The notes: generated by a model not told the origin, from the letters alone. Counted from the first letter of the whole stretch, positions 36,750 through 49,974 are shown. The stretch is 63,284 nt of DNA, filler included, from Octopus bimaculoides (GCF_001194135.2; 8 parts of 7 records of this genome joined end to end with filler, not necessarily neighbours in it), one strand, 5' to 3'. A program made the numbers and translations.

Positions 36750-37070
36750 TTTTGGTATCAGGTTCGTAGTTTCAATTTGCCCTTCAAATACTCATCTGTC
36801 AATTGTGTTCTCAGCGAATTCTTGATTTGCGTCAAGTACGAGAATGTGGATTCACAACAGTATGTTGAAGAAAAGCAGGAAATTAGTCGGCGTGCATGTT
36901 CACGAAGACGAAGATATTCTACCGCATTTTTGTCAAATTTCGATGGGATTTCCCCTCTTGTCAAACAGAGATTTCAGGATATTATCTTCAGACATTTCAA
37001 TAAGCTCCACTTGTAACTCTTTGGGAGCCTCTGGTACATCAACTAAGTGAAGCTGAAAAACAAGTTTCAG
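36750..37070 (-). mobile_element. hAT transposase C-terminal (dimerisation domain) remnant, Charlie/Buster-like
   Basis: APKELQVELIEMSEDNILKSLF (frameshift) EYLRLREHARRLISCFSSTYCCESTFSYLTQIKNSLRTQLTDEYL. Confidence 0.8.
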
Positions 37071-37453
37071 AGTGATGTTATGTTTTTCAAAATCATTGTA
37101 TCTTTTAATATATTCGTCTATTAATGAGTCTAGAACTGATTCGTATTCTTCAAAAGATTCATAGATATCGTCTTCATTTTCCGTATCTTATTTGTTTCGG
37201 TCAATTTGTCCCTATATATGTATGTGTGAGTACCTGTGTATGTGCATTTGTGTGCATGTATGTAATGTGTATGTATGTATTTATATATGTATGCATGTTT
37301 TTATATGTATTTGTACGCATGTCTGTCAATCTGTTGATCGCCCTATTGTTCTCTATTTTCTTTTGCATTTCAGTCTCTTCTCTTTCGTTTATTGATGATT
37401 TACCTCTTTGCAGTTTCTTCCTTACGCCTTTCTTTATCCACATCTCTTCTCTT

Positions 37454-37496
<43 letters not shown>

Positions 37497-37506
37497 NNNN
37501 NNNNNN

Positions 37507-37543
<37 letters not shown>

Positions 37544-37888
37544 TTCTTTCTCTCTCCCCCCTCTCTCTTTCTGTCACTTTATATCGTGTTCTTCTCCTTC
37601 CTCTGACTCCCATCGAATTGCACCCTCACTGATACAAATTGCCTGCTTCAGTGCAATTTCACAAAAATGACGCTGTCCCCACTCCACCCGTGGCTATTAC
37701 AGTTGTTGTCTCTGACATTTACATAACATTTCCAAGAAAGGTGAAAATCGTACACGAAATCTCTTTAAGCGACACGCAACAACTGTGTTTATGTGTATAT
37801 GTATATATATATATACATAAATACATACATACAGACATGCATACATACACACATTCGTATATAAATGTGTGTATGTGTACATGTATAT

Positions 37889-37955
<67 letters not shown>

Positions 37956-38239
37956 NNNNNNNNNNNNNNNNNNNNNNNNNNNNNNNNNNNNNNNNNNNNN
38001 NNNNNNNNNNNNNNNNNNNNNNNNNNNNNNNNNNNNNNNNNNNNNNNNNNNNNNNNNNNNNNNNNNNNNNNNNNNNNNNNNNNNNNNNNNNNNNNNNNNN
38101 TTTTTTTTTTTTTTTTTTTTTTTTATCAGGAAGGGCTTTATATATAGATGAACAGTCAACAGCGTTGGAAAGCATGAAAATTAAAGTTGTAGTTAAGAAG
38201 ACAGCTGACATCACAGACTGGAAGCCATCTGAATATTGG

Positions 38240-38269
38240 ACAGACAGACAGGTAGATAGATAGATAGAC

Positions 38270-38366
<97 letters not shown>

Positions 38367-38413
38367 TGAACGGATGGATGGATGGATGGATGGATGGATG
38401 GATACATCGATCA

Positions 38414-38460
<47 letters not shown>
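38240..38460. repeat. Compound (GACA)/(GATA)/(GA)/(GGAT)/(GATA) microsatellite
   Basis: Direct inspection. Confidence 0.9.
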
Positions 38461-38734
38461 CGAAGGACTGCCACATAGATTTCACGTATCAAATTCATTC
38501 ACAAGGCATTGGTAGACCCCCTGGCTATAGTAGAACATATTTCCTCAAGGTGCCGCGCAATGAACAAGCTTCTTAACCACGCTGCTATGTCCGCGTTCAT
38601 TTACTGAATAATGTAGCGGCAGATGAAGTATTTCTAGATAAGAGACAGGATCGCCATCTCTGGAATATCTATGGCCATAGTTCTGCCAGGTCGGAGCTGA
38701 CAAAATTCACAACAAATACAAGTTGCCTATATTA

Positions 38735-38949
38735 AAGAGGCGAGCTCGCAAAAACGTTAGCGTGCCGAACAAAATGCTGAACGACATTTCGTCCGTTTTC
38801 ATGTTTTGAGTTCAAATTCTGCCGAAGTCGACTTTGCCTTTCATCCTTTTGGGGTCGATAAAATAAGCACCAGTTAAACACTGGAGTCGATGCAATCAAC
38901 TAGCCACTCTCCCCAAAAATTTGCTGGCCATGTGCCAAAATTTGGAATC
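38735..38949 (+). mobile_element. tRNA-derived SINE (family A)
   Basis: GGCGAGCTCGCAAAAACGTTAGCG...TTGAGTTCAAATTCTGCCGAAGTCGACTTTGCCTTTCATCCTTTTGGGGTCGATAAAATAAG. Confidence 0.85.
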
Positions 38950-39078
38950 TATATTAATGTAGTCACAGCTGAGATGTGAGTGGTGTGCAACCACAGCTGT
39001 CGGTCCCAGGTACAACAGTACTAGCAATCACAAAATGATCAGTGTTATGTGTTACTGTGTGTGTGAGAGAGACAGGGG

Positions 39079-39149
<71 letters not shown>

Positions 39150-39525
39150 GGATTGTGTGTGAGACAAAGAACGAGAGAGAATGGGGCGGGGTATGCACGA
39201 GCATGTCTTTGTATGTTCTGATGTTCTGTTTGTAACGTGTGTGCTTCTGTGAGGTGTATGCTTACGCACACGACACAAATTAGGAGGTGAGAGATTGACA
39301 CATTTGGTAAATGGTAATCGATGTATCGAACGTTCAATCAGCCAATCAGCGCGATACGCATTCTTCTATATACATTTGTATTTGGGTGTGTGCATATATG
39401 TATATGCATGTCTCTTTCTATTATGTATATATGTGTGAGTGTATGTATGTGTGTCTGCGCGTGTCCATATAAACGTGTGTATGTGTTTATATATATATTC
39501 GTACATCCATACATACACAGACAGT

Positions 39526-39569
<44 letters not shown>

Positions 39570-39597
39570 NNNNNNNNNNNNNNNNNNNNNNNNNNNN

Positions 39598-39628
<31 letters not shown>

Positions 39629-39630
39629 AT

Positions 39631-39755
39631 AGGAGCATTCCGTCGGTTACGACGACGAGGATCCCAGCTTGCTAGTGAAATTAAAGTGCAAGTAGCTGAG
39701 CACTCTACGGACACGTGCGCCCTTAACGTAGTTCTCAGGAAGATTCAGCGTGACA
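39631..39755 (-). mobile_element. SINE (family C) 3' fragment
   Basis: CATTCCGTCGGTTACGACGACGAGG...GAAATTAAAGTGCAAGTAGCTGAGCACTC...CCTTAACGTAGTTCTC; matches 51816-51960. Confidence 0.8.
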
Positions 39756-39796
39756 TCGAGATTAGAAGATCATCTATGGTAAAATAATAAGTAATC

Positions 39797-40432
39797 TACA
39801 ATGGGGTGCTGGAGAGTTCCCGGCTTTTGAGTAAAAGAAAAAACAGGAGGAACAGTTAATTTTGATTTTATTCAACGTATTCAAGTCGGTCACCATGTGA
39901 AAAGTCAAGACAGTGCTAGGGATTTGTGAATATGTGTGTTAAGTGTACACACATATGTCTATAGGTGCATCTATGAATATACTTATACTCATGCATTTTT
40001 AGTATATGAGCGTATATGTTTATTACTCTTTATGTATATGTGCCATATCCACACGCTCATGTTCATTCTGAGAAACTCAAACGGAGAATATTCGAAATAT
40101 TCTACAATTCTTCACTGTGCATAAATTGATTTGGCTGGGAAGATGCAAGCCAATTAATTTTCTCCTTTCTTGGAAACACCCATTATTTTCAGGTTTTTGA
40201 TCCGTGCGCCTGACATTAGGTACAACTGAAAAACTATGGCTCGATTACAAGATATACGAGTGAGTGCTGAAAAGACACAACCATTCTAGTTCTTTTACAG
40301 GGCTTAGAAAACCTGAAGGACCACTGCAATAAGTGTGCGAATCTGAGAAGGGAGTATGTTGAATAAAATCATAACTGATTCTCCTGTATTTTCTTTTACC
40401 CAAAGCCTGGAACTTTTCAGCACCCACTCGTA
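39797..40432. mobile_element. mariner-derived MITE (40255-40432) plus an orphan left terminus (39797-39885)
   Basis: TACGAGTGAGTGCTGAAAAG at 40255 and its near reverse complement CTTTTCAGCACCCACTCGTA ending 40432; 39797-39885 is similar to the reverse complement of 40345-40432. Confidence 0.75.
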
Positions 40433-40819
40433 TATATATTTGTACGCCAATTATATTCAAACATTCACAAATTCCTATACGTATTTACATGTGTACAAAC
40501 ATACACCCACATATTTGCTTACCTTAACTTTTCTTTGTACATTCGAAAATCCCAAAAGTAATTTGATTCAAACAATGAAGTCTTGTAAATATCTCAATAA
40601 CTGGCTTGAATTCTGCGAAAAAATAGTTTAAATAACTCTCAAAGAAAACACATAAATACACACACACACGTTTCCATAGATACAAACATNNNNNNNNNNN
40701 NNNNNNNNNNNNNNNNNNNNNNNNNNNNNNNNNNNNNNNNNNNNNNNNNNNNNNNNNGGTGTGACAGCGTAGGTGGAAGTTGAATGCAGTTTGAATGGTT
40801 TAAAAGAAAACATTGTACG

Positions 40820-41700
40820 TATTCTATTCCCGACTCGTCGATGCTAGAGGTCCTTCGACCTGCTAATGCTCCAACGAGAATAATCAAAGCCACAGAAAAC
40901 ATGGTCTCATATTTGCCCATCATTTTGAGATTAAATACAAAGAAGTTATTGCATTGTCTGTTAGTATAGACTATCACAGAGAAATATGCCCGGATGAAGT
41001 ATCTCTGCGATGCTGTTTACAGTCGCAATAAGTCTTTTACTCTCCTTATAAAAGAATTTGTAGACTATGGTTAGCTCACAAGAAGCAATTTCATACATGC
41101 CTTCTTTGTTGATAACCTAAAACTATAGAATACAAATATCGGTTTCAAATTTTGGCACAAGGCCAGAAATTGGGGGGGCTGAGGCTAGTCAGTGTTCGAC
41201 TGGTACTTATTTTATCGACCCCCGAGAGGATGAAAGACAAAGTGAATCTCGGTGGAATTTGAATCCAGAACATAAAGACGGATGAAATACTGCTAAGCAT
41301 TTTGCCCAGTGTGCTAAAGATTCTGCCTGCAGCCCTATGGCGTACAAATATCGCTGAAAGGAAGAATAGCCTTGTTTTCATTACAACATTCTCAAAGAGC
41401 AAAGGGATGGAGGAAGCTTAACTGCGATAAATTTTCGTCCTTGATTGTAAAACGAGGAGAAACTACGAACCAATCTAGCAACATTTCAATCAAGTGTCAG
41501 ACTATTTCTCCAGTAACCGGTGAAGAATGGCACAAGTGTCTAAGAATGGATGAAAATAAATCTTATGATTGCACCTGTAAAAAGGAACACGCAAGCAGAG
41601 AATATTACACTAGAGTGAAAAAAATTATGGGTCCTCAATGATCTCTACGTACAATAACTTAGCGGCCTAAAATGTGTTTTCTGTAGCAGTGTTCATAGTA
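40820..41700 (+). mobile_element. Non-LTR retrotransposon RT remnant, R4/Dong-like, interrupted by a SINE
   Basis: YSIPDSSMLEVL...IIKATENM (AFDSVPHSW-like), FFVDNLKL (YMDDLKLY-like), KRGE...SREYYTRVKKIMGPQ (EY..RVRKIL) across frameshifts. Confidence 0.65.
41141..41335 (-). mobile_element. tRNA-derived SINE (family A) inserted into the LINE remnant
   Basis: GGTTTCAAATTTTGGCACAAGGCC...GGTACTTATTTTATCGACCCCGAGAGGATGAAAG...GGAATTTGAA...GCTAAGCATTTTGCCC. Confidence 0.85.
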
Positions 41701-42192
41701 CCTACAAAATTCAAGATCTTGATTCTACTTCGATGTATCATGAGCAAGACAGAAGCAACCTTTTTATAATCCATCTAGGGTAAAAAAATAAAAAAAACTT
41801 GCTTAGATTATCAACCAAATTTTCTTGTTTATTTAAGGCCGTAGGATATATTTTAAGGTAAAAAAAAAAAGGTAGCTTCTATTTCTAGCACATTGAGCAG
41901 CTACCTAGATGGTACCGATGTTGGCCGTACTCTTTGTCTTTTATCGCTCAGAATAATTTTTAATATTTGCCAGCAAATTGTTCTATTGAAGGGTAATAAT
42001 ATAGAACAAATTAATATTGTAGTTGCCACATGTTACCTTTACGAGAAACACTGAACAAAGCATTTGTCTTACACAAACAAACTTTATCATATATGTGCCC
42101 TATATAGGCACATATATATTATGTATATAAGAGTAAATTGTGTATATAAATATCAATAGATTTGTGTGCATATATTTATGTGTGTGTGTATG

Positions 42193-42223
<31 letters not shown>

Positions 42224-42351
42224 CTGTGATCTGTGTACGTGTACGTGTGCGTGTGAGTGTTTGTGTGTATGTAGGTATATATATATATATATATATATAT
42301 ATCTGTGATCTGTGTACGTGTACGTGTGCGTGTGAGTGTTTGTGTGTATGT

Positions 42352-42389
<38 letters not shown>

Positions 42390-42539
42390 AAATAGTAAAT
42401 GAGTATATGCATACCGACATCCACCTGTATGTATAGGTGCATATCTGGGTATAGGACATTGCAAACAAACGTAGACGAGAACACACGAGCCACATAGAGA
42501 ACATTCTCCTTCATCAGCCACCCACGTTTTATACTCTCC

Positions 42540-42775
42540 TTTTCTACTCTTCTACTGGTTTCAGCCAGAAGCTGGACCCATGCTGGAGCACCATCTTTCA
42601 GTACTTTGGAGTCTCCTTTCGGTGCTATTTTTGGTGAAGAAGTTAGTTGGACGAAGTTGCTCCTGTCGTAATATGGGCTCGTCTGAGATTTCAGATAGAA
42701 ATTTGTCCAAGTGCATTTTGAACGTTTCCACATCTACATTTTTGCAGATTTTGAAGAGTGCAGTTCAATTTTAAC
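42540..42775 (-). mobile_element. CR1/L2-like LINE 3' end
   Basis: CKNVDVETFKMHLDKFLSEISDEPILRQEQ followed by a short tail (TGGTGCTCCAGCATGG...GCTGAAACCAGTAGAA). Confidence 0.7.
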
Positions 42776-42789
42776 AGTTATTTTTTCAA

Positions 42790-43245
42790 AACTACAATGT
42801 GAATGACCAAGGAGCATATTCGGCATATTTTGCTTTATGATTTCAATAAAGGCAACAGCGCAACGGAAAGTGCGAGGAATATTAATGCAGTAAATGGAGA
42901 TCGGACAATAAGCTTAAGCCGGTGTCAACGGTGGTTCTAGAAATTCCGTGTCGGAAACAAGCCTCGTCCTGGAAGATCTGTAGAGCTCGACGAGGACATC
43001 CTGCAAACCCTGGTGGAACGAAATCCTATCGTAACTGTAGAGGAATTAGCAGAGAAGCTTGGATTTGGTCATTCAACCAGTCATTCAATTCAGCGCTAGA
43101 AGAAAAGCGACCATCTTAGGTTTCAAGACGAAAGGTGTTCTTCCATCAGGACGGCCAGGATGACATTCCAAAGGTTGGAGTAGTTTGAATGGGAAATAAT
43201 GCCCCATCCACCATATTCTGCATCTGATTATCATTTATTCCTCTG
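42790..43245 (+). mobile_element. mariner transposase remnant with internal deletion
   Basis: KEHIRHILLYDFNKGNSATESARNI...CQRWF*KFR...PRPGR...LVERNP..TVEELAEKLG, then FFHQD and WEIMPHPPYS..SDYHLF. Confidence 0.85.
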
Positions 43246-43924
43246 TCTATTTCAGGGTATATTTTAGATTAAAAGAGAACTTTGTTTNNNNNNNNNNNNN
43301 NNNNNNNNNNNNNNNNNNNNNNNNNNNNNNNNNNNNNNNNNNNNNNNNNNNNNNNNNNNNNNNNNNNNNNNNNNNNNNNNNNNNNNNNNNNNNNNNNNNN
43401 NNNNNNNNNNNNNNNNNNNNNNNNNNNNNNNNNNNNNNNNNNNNNNNNNNNNNNNNNNNNNNNNNNNNNNNNNNNNNNNNNNNNNNNNNNNNNNNNNNNN
43501 NNNNNNNNNNNNNNNNNNNNNNNNNNNNNNNNNNNNNNNNNNNNNNNNNNNNNNNNNNNNNNNNNNNNNNNNNNNNNNNNNNNNNNNNNNNNNNNNNNNN
43601 NNNNNNNNNNNNNNNNNNNNNNNNNNNNNNNNNNNNNNNNNNNNNNNNNNNNNNNNNNNNNNNNNNNNNNNNNNNNNNNNNNNNNNNNNNNNNNNNNNNN
43701 NNNNNNNNNNNNNNNNNNNNNNNNNNNNNNNNNNNNNNNNNNNNNNNNNNNNNNNNNNNNNNNNNNNNNNNNNNNNNNNNNNNNNNNNNNNNNNNNNNNN
43801 NNNNNNNNNNNNNNNNNNNNNCACATATATTTCGTTGACAAAAAAAGAGCATATAAACGTACATACGCACAGACACACACATACAGACACACACAAACGT
43901 TATTTGTATACATTGAAATATATA

Positions 43925-43960
<36 letters not shown>

Positions 43961-44176
43961 AACAAGCATACTACAAAAGTAAATTGTCAGACAAAAATCA
44001 ACAATAAAAAGAAAAGAAAGCAATTTGTCTTTCTTTTCGTTTTTTTTTTTTGCTCTTGTTTTTGCTTTTGTATTTTTGTGTTTTTATGCAGATTAGAATA
44101 TTCTGTTGTGATATCTCCCACGGTTGTTCTTGTTGAATGCGTGTATGTGTATTTATGTATGCGTGTGTGAGTGTGT

Positions 44177-44268
44177 GCGCGAGTGCGTGCGCGAGTGCGT
44201 GCGCGAGTGCGTGCGCGAGTGCGTGCGCGAGTGCGTGCGCGAGTGCGTGCGCGAGTGCGTGCGCGAGT
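44177..44268. repeat. 12-bp CpG-rich minisatellite (GCGAGTGCGTGC)~7.7
   Basis: Perfect tandem units; source of the ASACASAC/HALAHALA ORFs. Confidence 0.92.
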
Positions 44269-44501
44269 GTGTGTACATATGTGTGTATATGTGAGAGAGT
44301 GATTGTAATCATAAATATAAACACTTATACATATGCATATAGATAGATAGATAGATCTGTACTTATGTTAGTTCATGTACAAATGTGCGTGAGCAGTTGC
44401 ATATATAAGTGCATGTATATGCGTATACATACATACCTATGTACGTGCATACATGCATAGATACATACATTCATTCATCCATCCATCCATCNNNNNNNNN
44501 N

Positions 44502-44548
<47 letters not shown>

Positions 44549-44890
44549 GTATGTATGCACTTATTCTGCAGGCAGAAACGTTTTAAGTAGACCTCAAAAC
44601 AGCCGTCTAATTGGTGTATAAAGAGCATTACTGCTATTAGGAGAGGAACAGAGACAAATGTGTTCGCAATTCCATCTATTGCTTTAAAGCAGTTCCTCCG
44701 GATATGTCACGCAAATAACATCGAAAAGAATAGGAGCAAGTGACGACAGCAACGACGACGGCTCAACGACTCAACGGAGTCGCTCGTTCTGCTAGACATA
44801 ATAACCAAATGTCCTCCTAAAAACTACACCTCCCTAACTTTTTGGAAAGGCAAGGACAGGACAGTATCAGATATTAATATTCCGCTCACA

Positions 44891-45545
44891 AGGCGGCGGT
44901 GAGCTGACAGAATTGTTATCATGCCGGGCAAAATGCTTTGCGGCATTTCGTCCGTCATTACGTTCTGACTTCAAACTCCGCAGAGGTCGACTTTTCCCTT
45001 CATCCCTTTCAAGATCGTTAAATTAAGTACCAGTCGAGCACTGGAATCGATGTAATCGACTTAACCCCTCTCCCTGAACTTGCTGGCCGTGCCAAAATTT
45101 GAAACCAATATTTCACTCACAGAGAAGGTGGCGAGCTAGCAGAATTTTTAGCACGCCTGGCAAATAAATTCTTAGCCGTATTTCGTCTGATTTTGTTCTG
45201 AGTTCAAATTCCGCCGAGGTCGACTTTGCCTTTCATCCTTTCAGGGTCGATAAATTAATTACCAGTTATATACTGGGGTCGATGTAATCGACTTAATCCC
45301 TTTGTCTGTCCTTGTTTGTCCCCTCTATGTTTAGCCCCTTGTGGGCAATAAAGGAATAAGAAATTTTAGCACGCCTGGCAAATATATACTTAGCGGTATT
45401 TTGTCTGACTATGTTCTGAGCTCAAATTCCGCCGAGGGCGACTTCGCCTTTCATTCTTTCGTAAGCGCCAGCTTAGCACTGGGATCGATGTAATCGACTT
45501 ACTTCCTTCCCCGAAACTGCTGGCTTTCTGCCAAAATTTGAAACG
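44891..45545 (+). mobile_element. Three head-to-tail family-A SINE copies
   Basis: Three successive TTCTGA(G/C)TTCAAA..CCG..GAGG.CGACTT..CCTTTCAT blocks starting at ~44891, ~45125 and ~45361. Confidence 0.85.
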
Positions 45546-45789
45546 AATATTTTATTTACGGATACTTAAGAGAAATGCTTTCAGCATTTTGGCATTTAAA
45601 CTGACCATATCTGGTTCAAATATCCTCCCTGTTTTATGTTCCAACAGACATCTGGCCACTCACACCTACCCTACTATGTCATTCTAACAAATAAATAATC
45701 AGTGTCGAAATTTCGAAGCTTCAACGTAACACATTATTAATTCAAAGCAATATGAATAAATAAGCATTACGTTTTGACAGTAATTTGGA

Positions 45790-45990
45790 TGTTAACGGCC
45801 TGCTCAAGTGGGTAACATCGGAGGTGAGGTAGACCTTTCAATACTTGGTTAAGGACTGTGGAGGAGAACCTAAAGTATATGAGCGTTACTTGAGAGCAGA
45901 TTTGCAACAAGGTTTGCATACTCAGTATAGAAATCTCGTAGCTTGATACTCCATGAGGAGTGGGAGGAACCATGTTAAGCTGTTGAACAA
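45790..45990 (+). mobile_element. RTE-like LINE 3' coding end
   Basis: RGRPFNTWLRTVEENLKYMSVT*EQI matches the RGRP..TW.RTVE.EL...TW motif at RTE C-termini. Confidence 0.55.
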
Positions 45991-46245
45991 CGATGAATGC
46001 GTCAACAATAACAAAACAGACTGTAATCAGCCGAGTGTCCCTCCATGTGATGACCCAGTCTTCTAGAAATGCCAGCCAGCACACCCTCTCTTAGAATAGG
46101 TCACATTAGATAATGCAGTTCTAAGATAAACTGCGCATAAGAGGAAAGATGGAATGGTCAATACTGGAATGTGTTTCTATTATAGGTCTGCTTAGCAAAT
46201 CCTTTACTGATTCACCTACACGAGTGCGTCCCACCCCGACTTTGT

Positions 46246-46723
46246 CTCCTTATAACTTCCAGAAAAATGGGTATTTTTAATGGATATTTTCTCTACAAAT
46301 ACGCTTCACATGATGTAGATAAATTACTATTATATCGGAATTTCTTGTGCAAATATCTTTCGGGCAGTCTTGAGAGAAATTTCGGAAAATTTAGATGATT
46401 GGTCTTTGGTTCCTCGGTATTTTTTTATGAACTTTTCTACAAATACCTTTCAGATGGAGTAGACTACGATTATATCGAAATTTAATATGAAAATGCATGG
46501 TGGGCTCACACGAAAATATGCTGGCATAGAGCACATTTATCTACAAAATGAAACTTGAAATTTCAAAAGAAAAGATTGTGATGTGTGTCAGTATGTATGT
46601 GCACGTGCCCAAGAATTTTATTTCTTAGATTAAATTCTGATATAAATGTAATCTACACCATCTGAAAGGTATTTGTAGAAAATTTCATTAAAAGATACCT
46701 ATTTTACTGAAAGTTATGAGGAA
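46246..46723. mobile_element. Non-autonomous DNA transposon with ~75-bp inverted modules
   Basis: 46246-46320 approximates the reverse complement of 46651-46723; a third partial module at ~46430-46470; same family as 3538-3985. Confidence 0.6.
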
Positions 46724-46824
46724 ACAAAATCGTGAAGAGGCAACCTTTGTAGTTATGTCCAGACAGACAAATAGGCAGACAGATAGACAGGCAGACAGAC
46801 AGACAGACAGATAGATAGACAGAC

Positions 46825-46870
<46 letters not shown>

Positions 46871-48194
46871 ACGGATGGATGGATGGATGGATGGATGGAT
46901 GGATGGAGAGCAGGGTGGACTTGAAAGATGAAAACAACACAACTTTCACAAGCGAAACGTTATGTAATTCCGGGCAAGTGTTGAGTGGCATACAGAAATT
47001 GTTTGCTGTCCATACAAGTAACACATTAAACTTNNNNNNNNNNNNNNNNNNNNNNNNNNNNNNNNNNNNNNNNNNNNNNNNNNNNNNNNNNNNNNNNNNN
47101 NNNNNNNNNNNNNNNNNNNNNNNNNNNNNNNNNNNNNNNNNNNNNNNNNNNNNNNNNNNNNNNNNNNNNNNNNNNNNNNNNNNNNNNNNNNNNNNNNNNN
47201 NNNNNNNNNNNNNNNNNNNNNNNNNNNNNNNNNNNNNNNNNNNNNNNNNNNNNNNNNNNNNNNNNNNNNNNNNNNNNNNNNNNNNNNNNNNNNNNNNNNN
47301 NNNNNNNNNNNNNNNNNNNNNNNNNNNNNNNNNNNNNNNNNNNNNNNNNNNNNNNNNNNNNNNNNNNNNNNNNNNNNNNNNNNNNNNNNNNNNNNNNNNN
47401 NNNNNNNNNNNNNNNNNNNNNNNNNNNNNNNNNNNNNNNNNNNNNNNNNNNNNNNNNNNNNNNNNNNNNNNNNNNNNNNNNNNNNNNNNNNNNNNNNNNN
47501 NNNNNNNNNNNNNNNNNNNNNNNNNNNNNNNNNNNNNNNNNNNNNNNNNNNNNNNNNNNNNNNNNNNNNNNNNNNNNNNNNNNNNNNNNNNNNNNNNNNN
47601 NNNNNNNNNNNNNNNNNNNNNNNNNNNNNNNNNNNNNNNNNNNNNNNNNNNNNNNNNNNNNNNNNNNNNNNNNNNNNNNNNNNNNNNNNNNNNNNNNNNN
47701 NNNNNNNNNNNNNGGGGGGGGATCGTCATCGTAGTGTTAGTGATGGAATGGAGTGGGGTGGGGAATAGTGATAATAGCAGTTACGAGGATGGCATTTGAT
47801 GGTGAAAGTAGAAATTGTTGAAGATGTAGTTTAGCCCCAGGTCGGCCCTGATTGTATAGACCTATGATCAAACGACATTCCAGTTGTTTTAGGGAGGGAG
47901 GGGGTCCTGAAATATTATTCAATGTAAACTTTCCATTTTGTATTTTTGTTGTTTTTTTTGTGTGCTGTGACGAAATTGGACTCCTATTTCTAGCAACTTG
48001 AGCGACTGCGTAGAGGCTCCATCCTGTAGTGCTGAGTTGCAATCTGCTAATTGAGGAGATTGTTTGGTTAATTAAGATATAGAGTTATGTACTGAATGCC
48101 TAATGCGGAAAATTTCTCAATTGAAATCTCTTAGCTGGAGAAAGAAAAAGAAAGCGCTTATATTCAGTATAGGTACTTATTTCCATCATTCCAG

Positions 48195-48271
48195 GTCCTT
48201 CGGGACATGGACTCAGACGATACAACTGTTTGGGCGCTGACGATTCTGTACATTCAGCCTGTGTGGCAAGA
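48195..48271 (+). CDS. Candidate orphan internal exon (product unknown)
   Basis: TTATTTCCATCATTCCAG| 77 nt GC-richer |GTATGT; two open frames (VLRDMDSDDTTVWALTILYIQPVWQ or GPSGHGLRRYNCLGADDSVHSACVAR). Confidence 0.35.
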
Positions 48272-48639
48272 GTATGTTTTGGCACTGGTGGCATACACAC
48301 GCGCACTCAGACGCGGAAACAGATATGTAGACAAATAGATAAAGTAAAGGAGAGAAAGAGAGAGACATATAAGACATACGTACATACAAACATAACTAGA
48401 CCCTCTGACACATAAACAGAGAAGGGAGGAGAGGGCAAGGAAAACGTTACAGCGAGAGAAATATTAAGACGGCTGACGTCAAATAAGTCAACGTCGAATC
48501 AATGACGTCAAACGGCTGTGTCAAATATCTCATTCTCTTCGAGACAATATCATAGTGAAGAACATAAGCGTTGGTTATTTGTTAAACGTCGAAGTTTAAC
48601 TGAAATGGGGCGTGATTTCAGTCACCTGAGTCAATGAGA

Positions 48640-48676
<37 letters not shown>

Positions 48677-48776
48677 NNNNNNNNNNNNNNNNNNNNNNNN
48701 NNNNNNNNNNNNNNNNNNNNTTAATTAATTAANNNNNNNNNNNNNNNNNNNNNNNNNNNNNNNNNNNNNNNNNNNN
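48677..48776. other. Artificial scaffold-join spacer N44-TTAATTAATTAA-N44
   Basis: 12-mer at 48721-48732. Confidence 0.95.
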
Positions 48777-49006
48777 GTTTGCTTGTTTACAACCCCTTAA
48801 CTTAGTGATAGTGTCAATATCAAACTTAAAAATAAGTATTTGAGCCAAACTGTTCAACTCAACCCACGGTGGTGCACCACCATAGCTACAGTTCAGTGGC
48901 TGAAACAAAAGATAGAATATCTCAAAGACATACATCTCTCACACACACACACTCTCTCTCACACACACACACAAAACACACACACACGCACTCACACACA
49001 CACACA

Positions 49007-49048
<42 letters not shown>

Positions 49049-49389
49049 TAACTCGTAATCGTTAGGTTAATGTATATTTTCCAAATGATAATGAATAAGA
49101 GGTTTATTCTCAAACTTATCTCTGAGTTATTTATTCTAAGCGGCCAGATAGAATATTCGTGAACTTATCAACCCCTGTAATATACATGCACACATACATA
49201 CATACATACATACATGATGGCAGTTATAACTACATGTGTATATGCACGTATTTATATGCAATTGGCAAAATTGACAAAAGAAAATATCCTTCCCCAGGAG
49301 GCGAGTTTTATTTTGCATGCATACATTCAAACATACATACATACATACATACATACATACATACATACAAACAAACATACATACATACA

Positions 49390-49420
<31 letters not shown>

Positions 49421-49669
49421 TTAAATATATATATTTAAAATATATATATATATATATATGTGTGTGTATGTATATATATTTATACACACACCTACATCCA
49501 CAATATATTACGCTTGAGTGTGTTGTGTATATACAGTCACACTTCTCGTTACTGACTTTCCTTACAATAACATAATTTTAAATATGGTAGCAGTAATCAA
49601 AACAAAATATTCTGACGATGAGGTGGTCGTGAAATATAGTGAATTGAATGCCAAAATAATTCTAGCATT

Positions 49670-49701
49670 GGTAGTAGTAGTAGTAGTAGTAGTAGTAGTA
49701 A

Positions 49702-49748
<47 letters not shown>
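49670..49748. repeat. (GTA)n microsatellite
   Basis: About 26 units with one interruption. Confidence 0.95.
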
Positions 49749-49917
49749 TAGCAATATAAGCAGTAATATAAGAACAACAGAAAGAACAGGAAGAAACAAA
49801 GAGTTACGGAATGACAGAAAGGAATATCAGTGAGTTATAGCAATGAAAACGTTGAAGAAACAAAGAAACAGAAGCCAATGTAGTGTGTGCACGCGCGTAG
49901 GCATAATATATGTATAT

Positions 49918-49974
<57 letters not shown>

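Noticed and set aside
42222-42385. Tandem duplication of a ~79-bp unit bounded by (TA)n.
   Set aside because: Most likely slippage or assembly duplication between microsatellites; no functional signal.
17810-49630. Other CTGANGA hits (about 17814, 22033, 29466 on minus, 48237, 49594) as hammerhead candidates.
   Set aside because: Each lacks a properly placed GAAA, the G10.1-C11.1 pair, or a stem I/NUH arrangement. Some may be very old remnants but cannot be supported.
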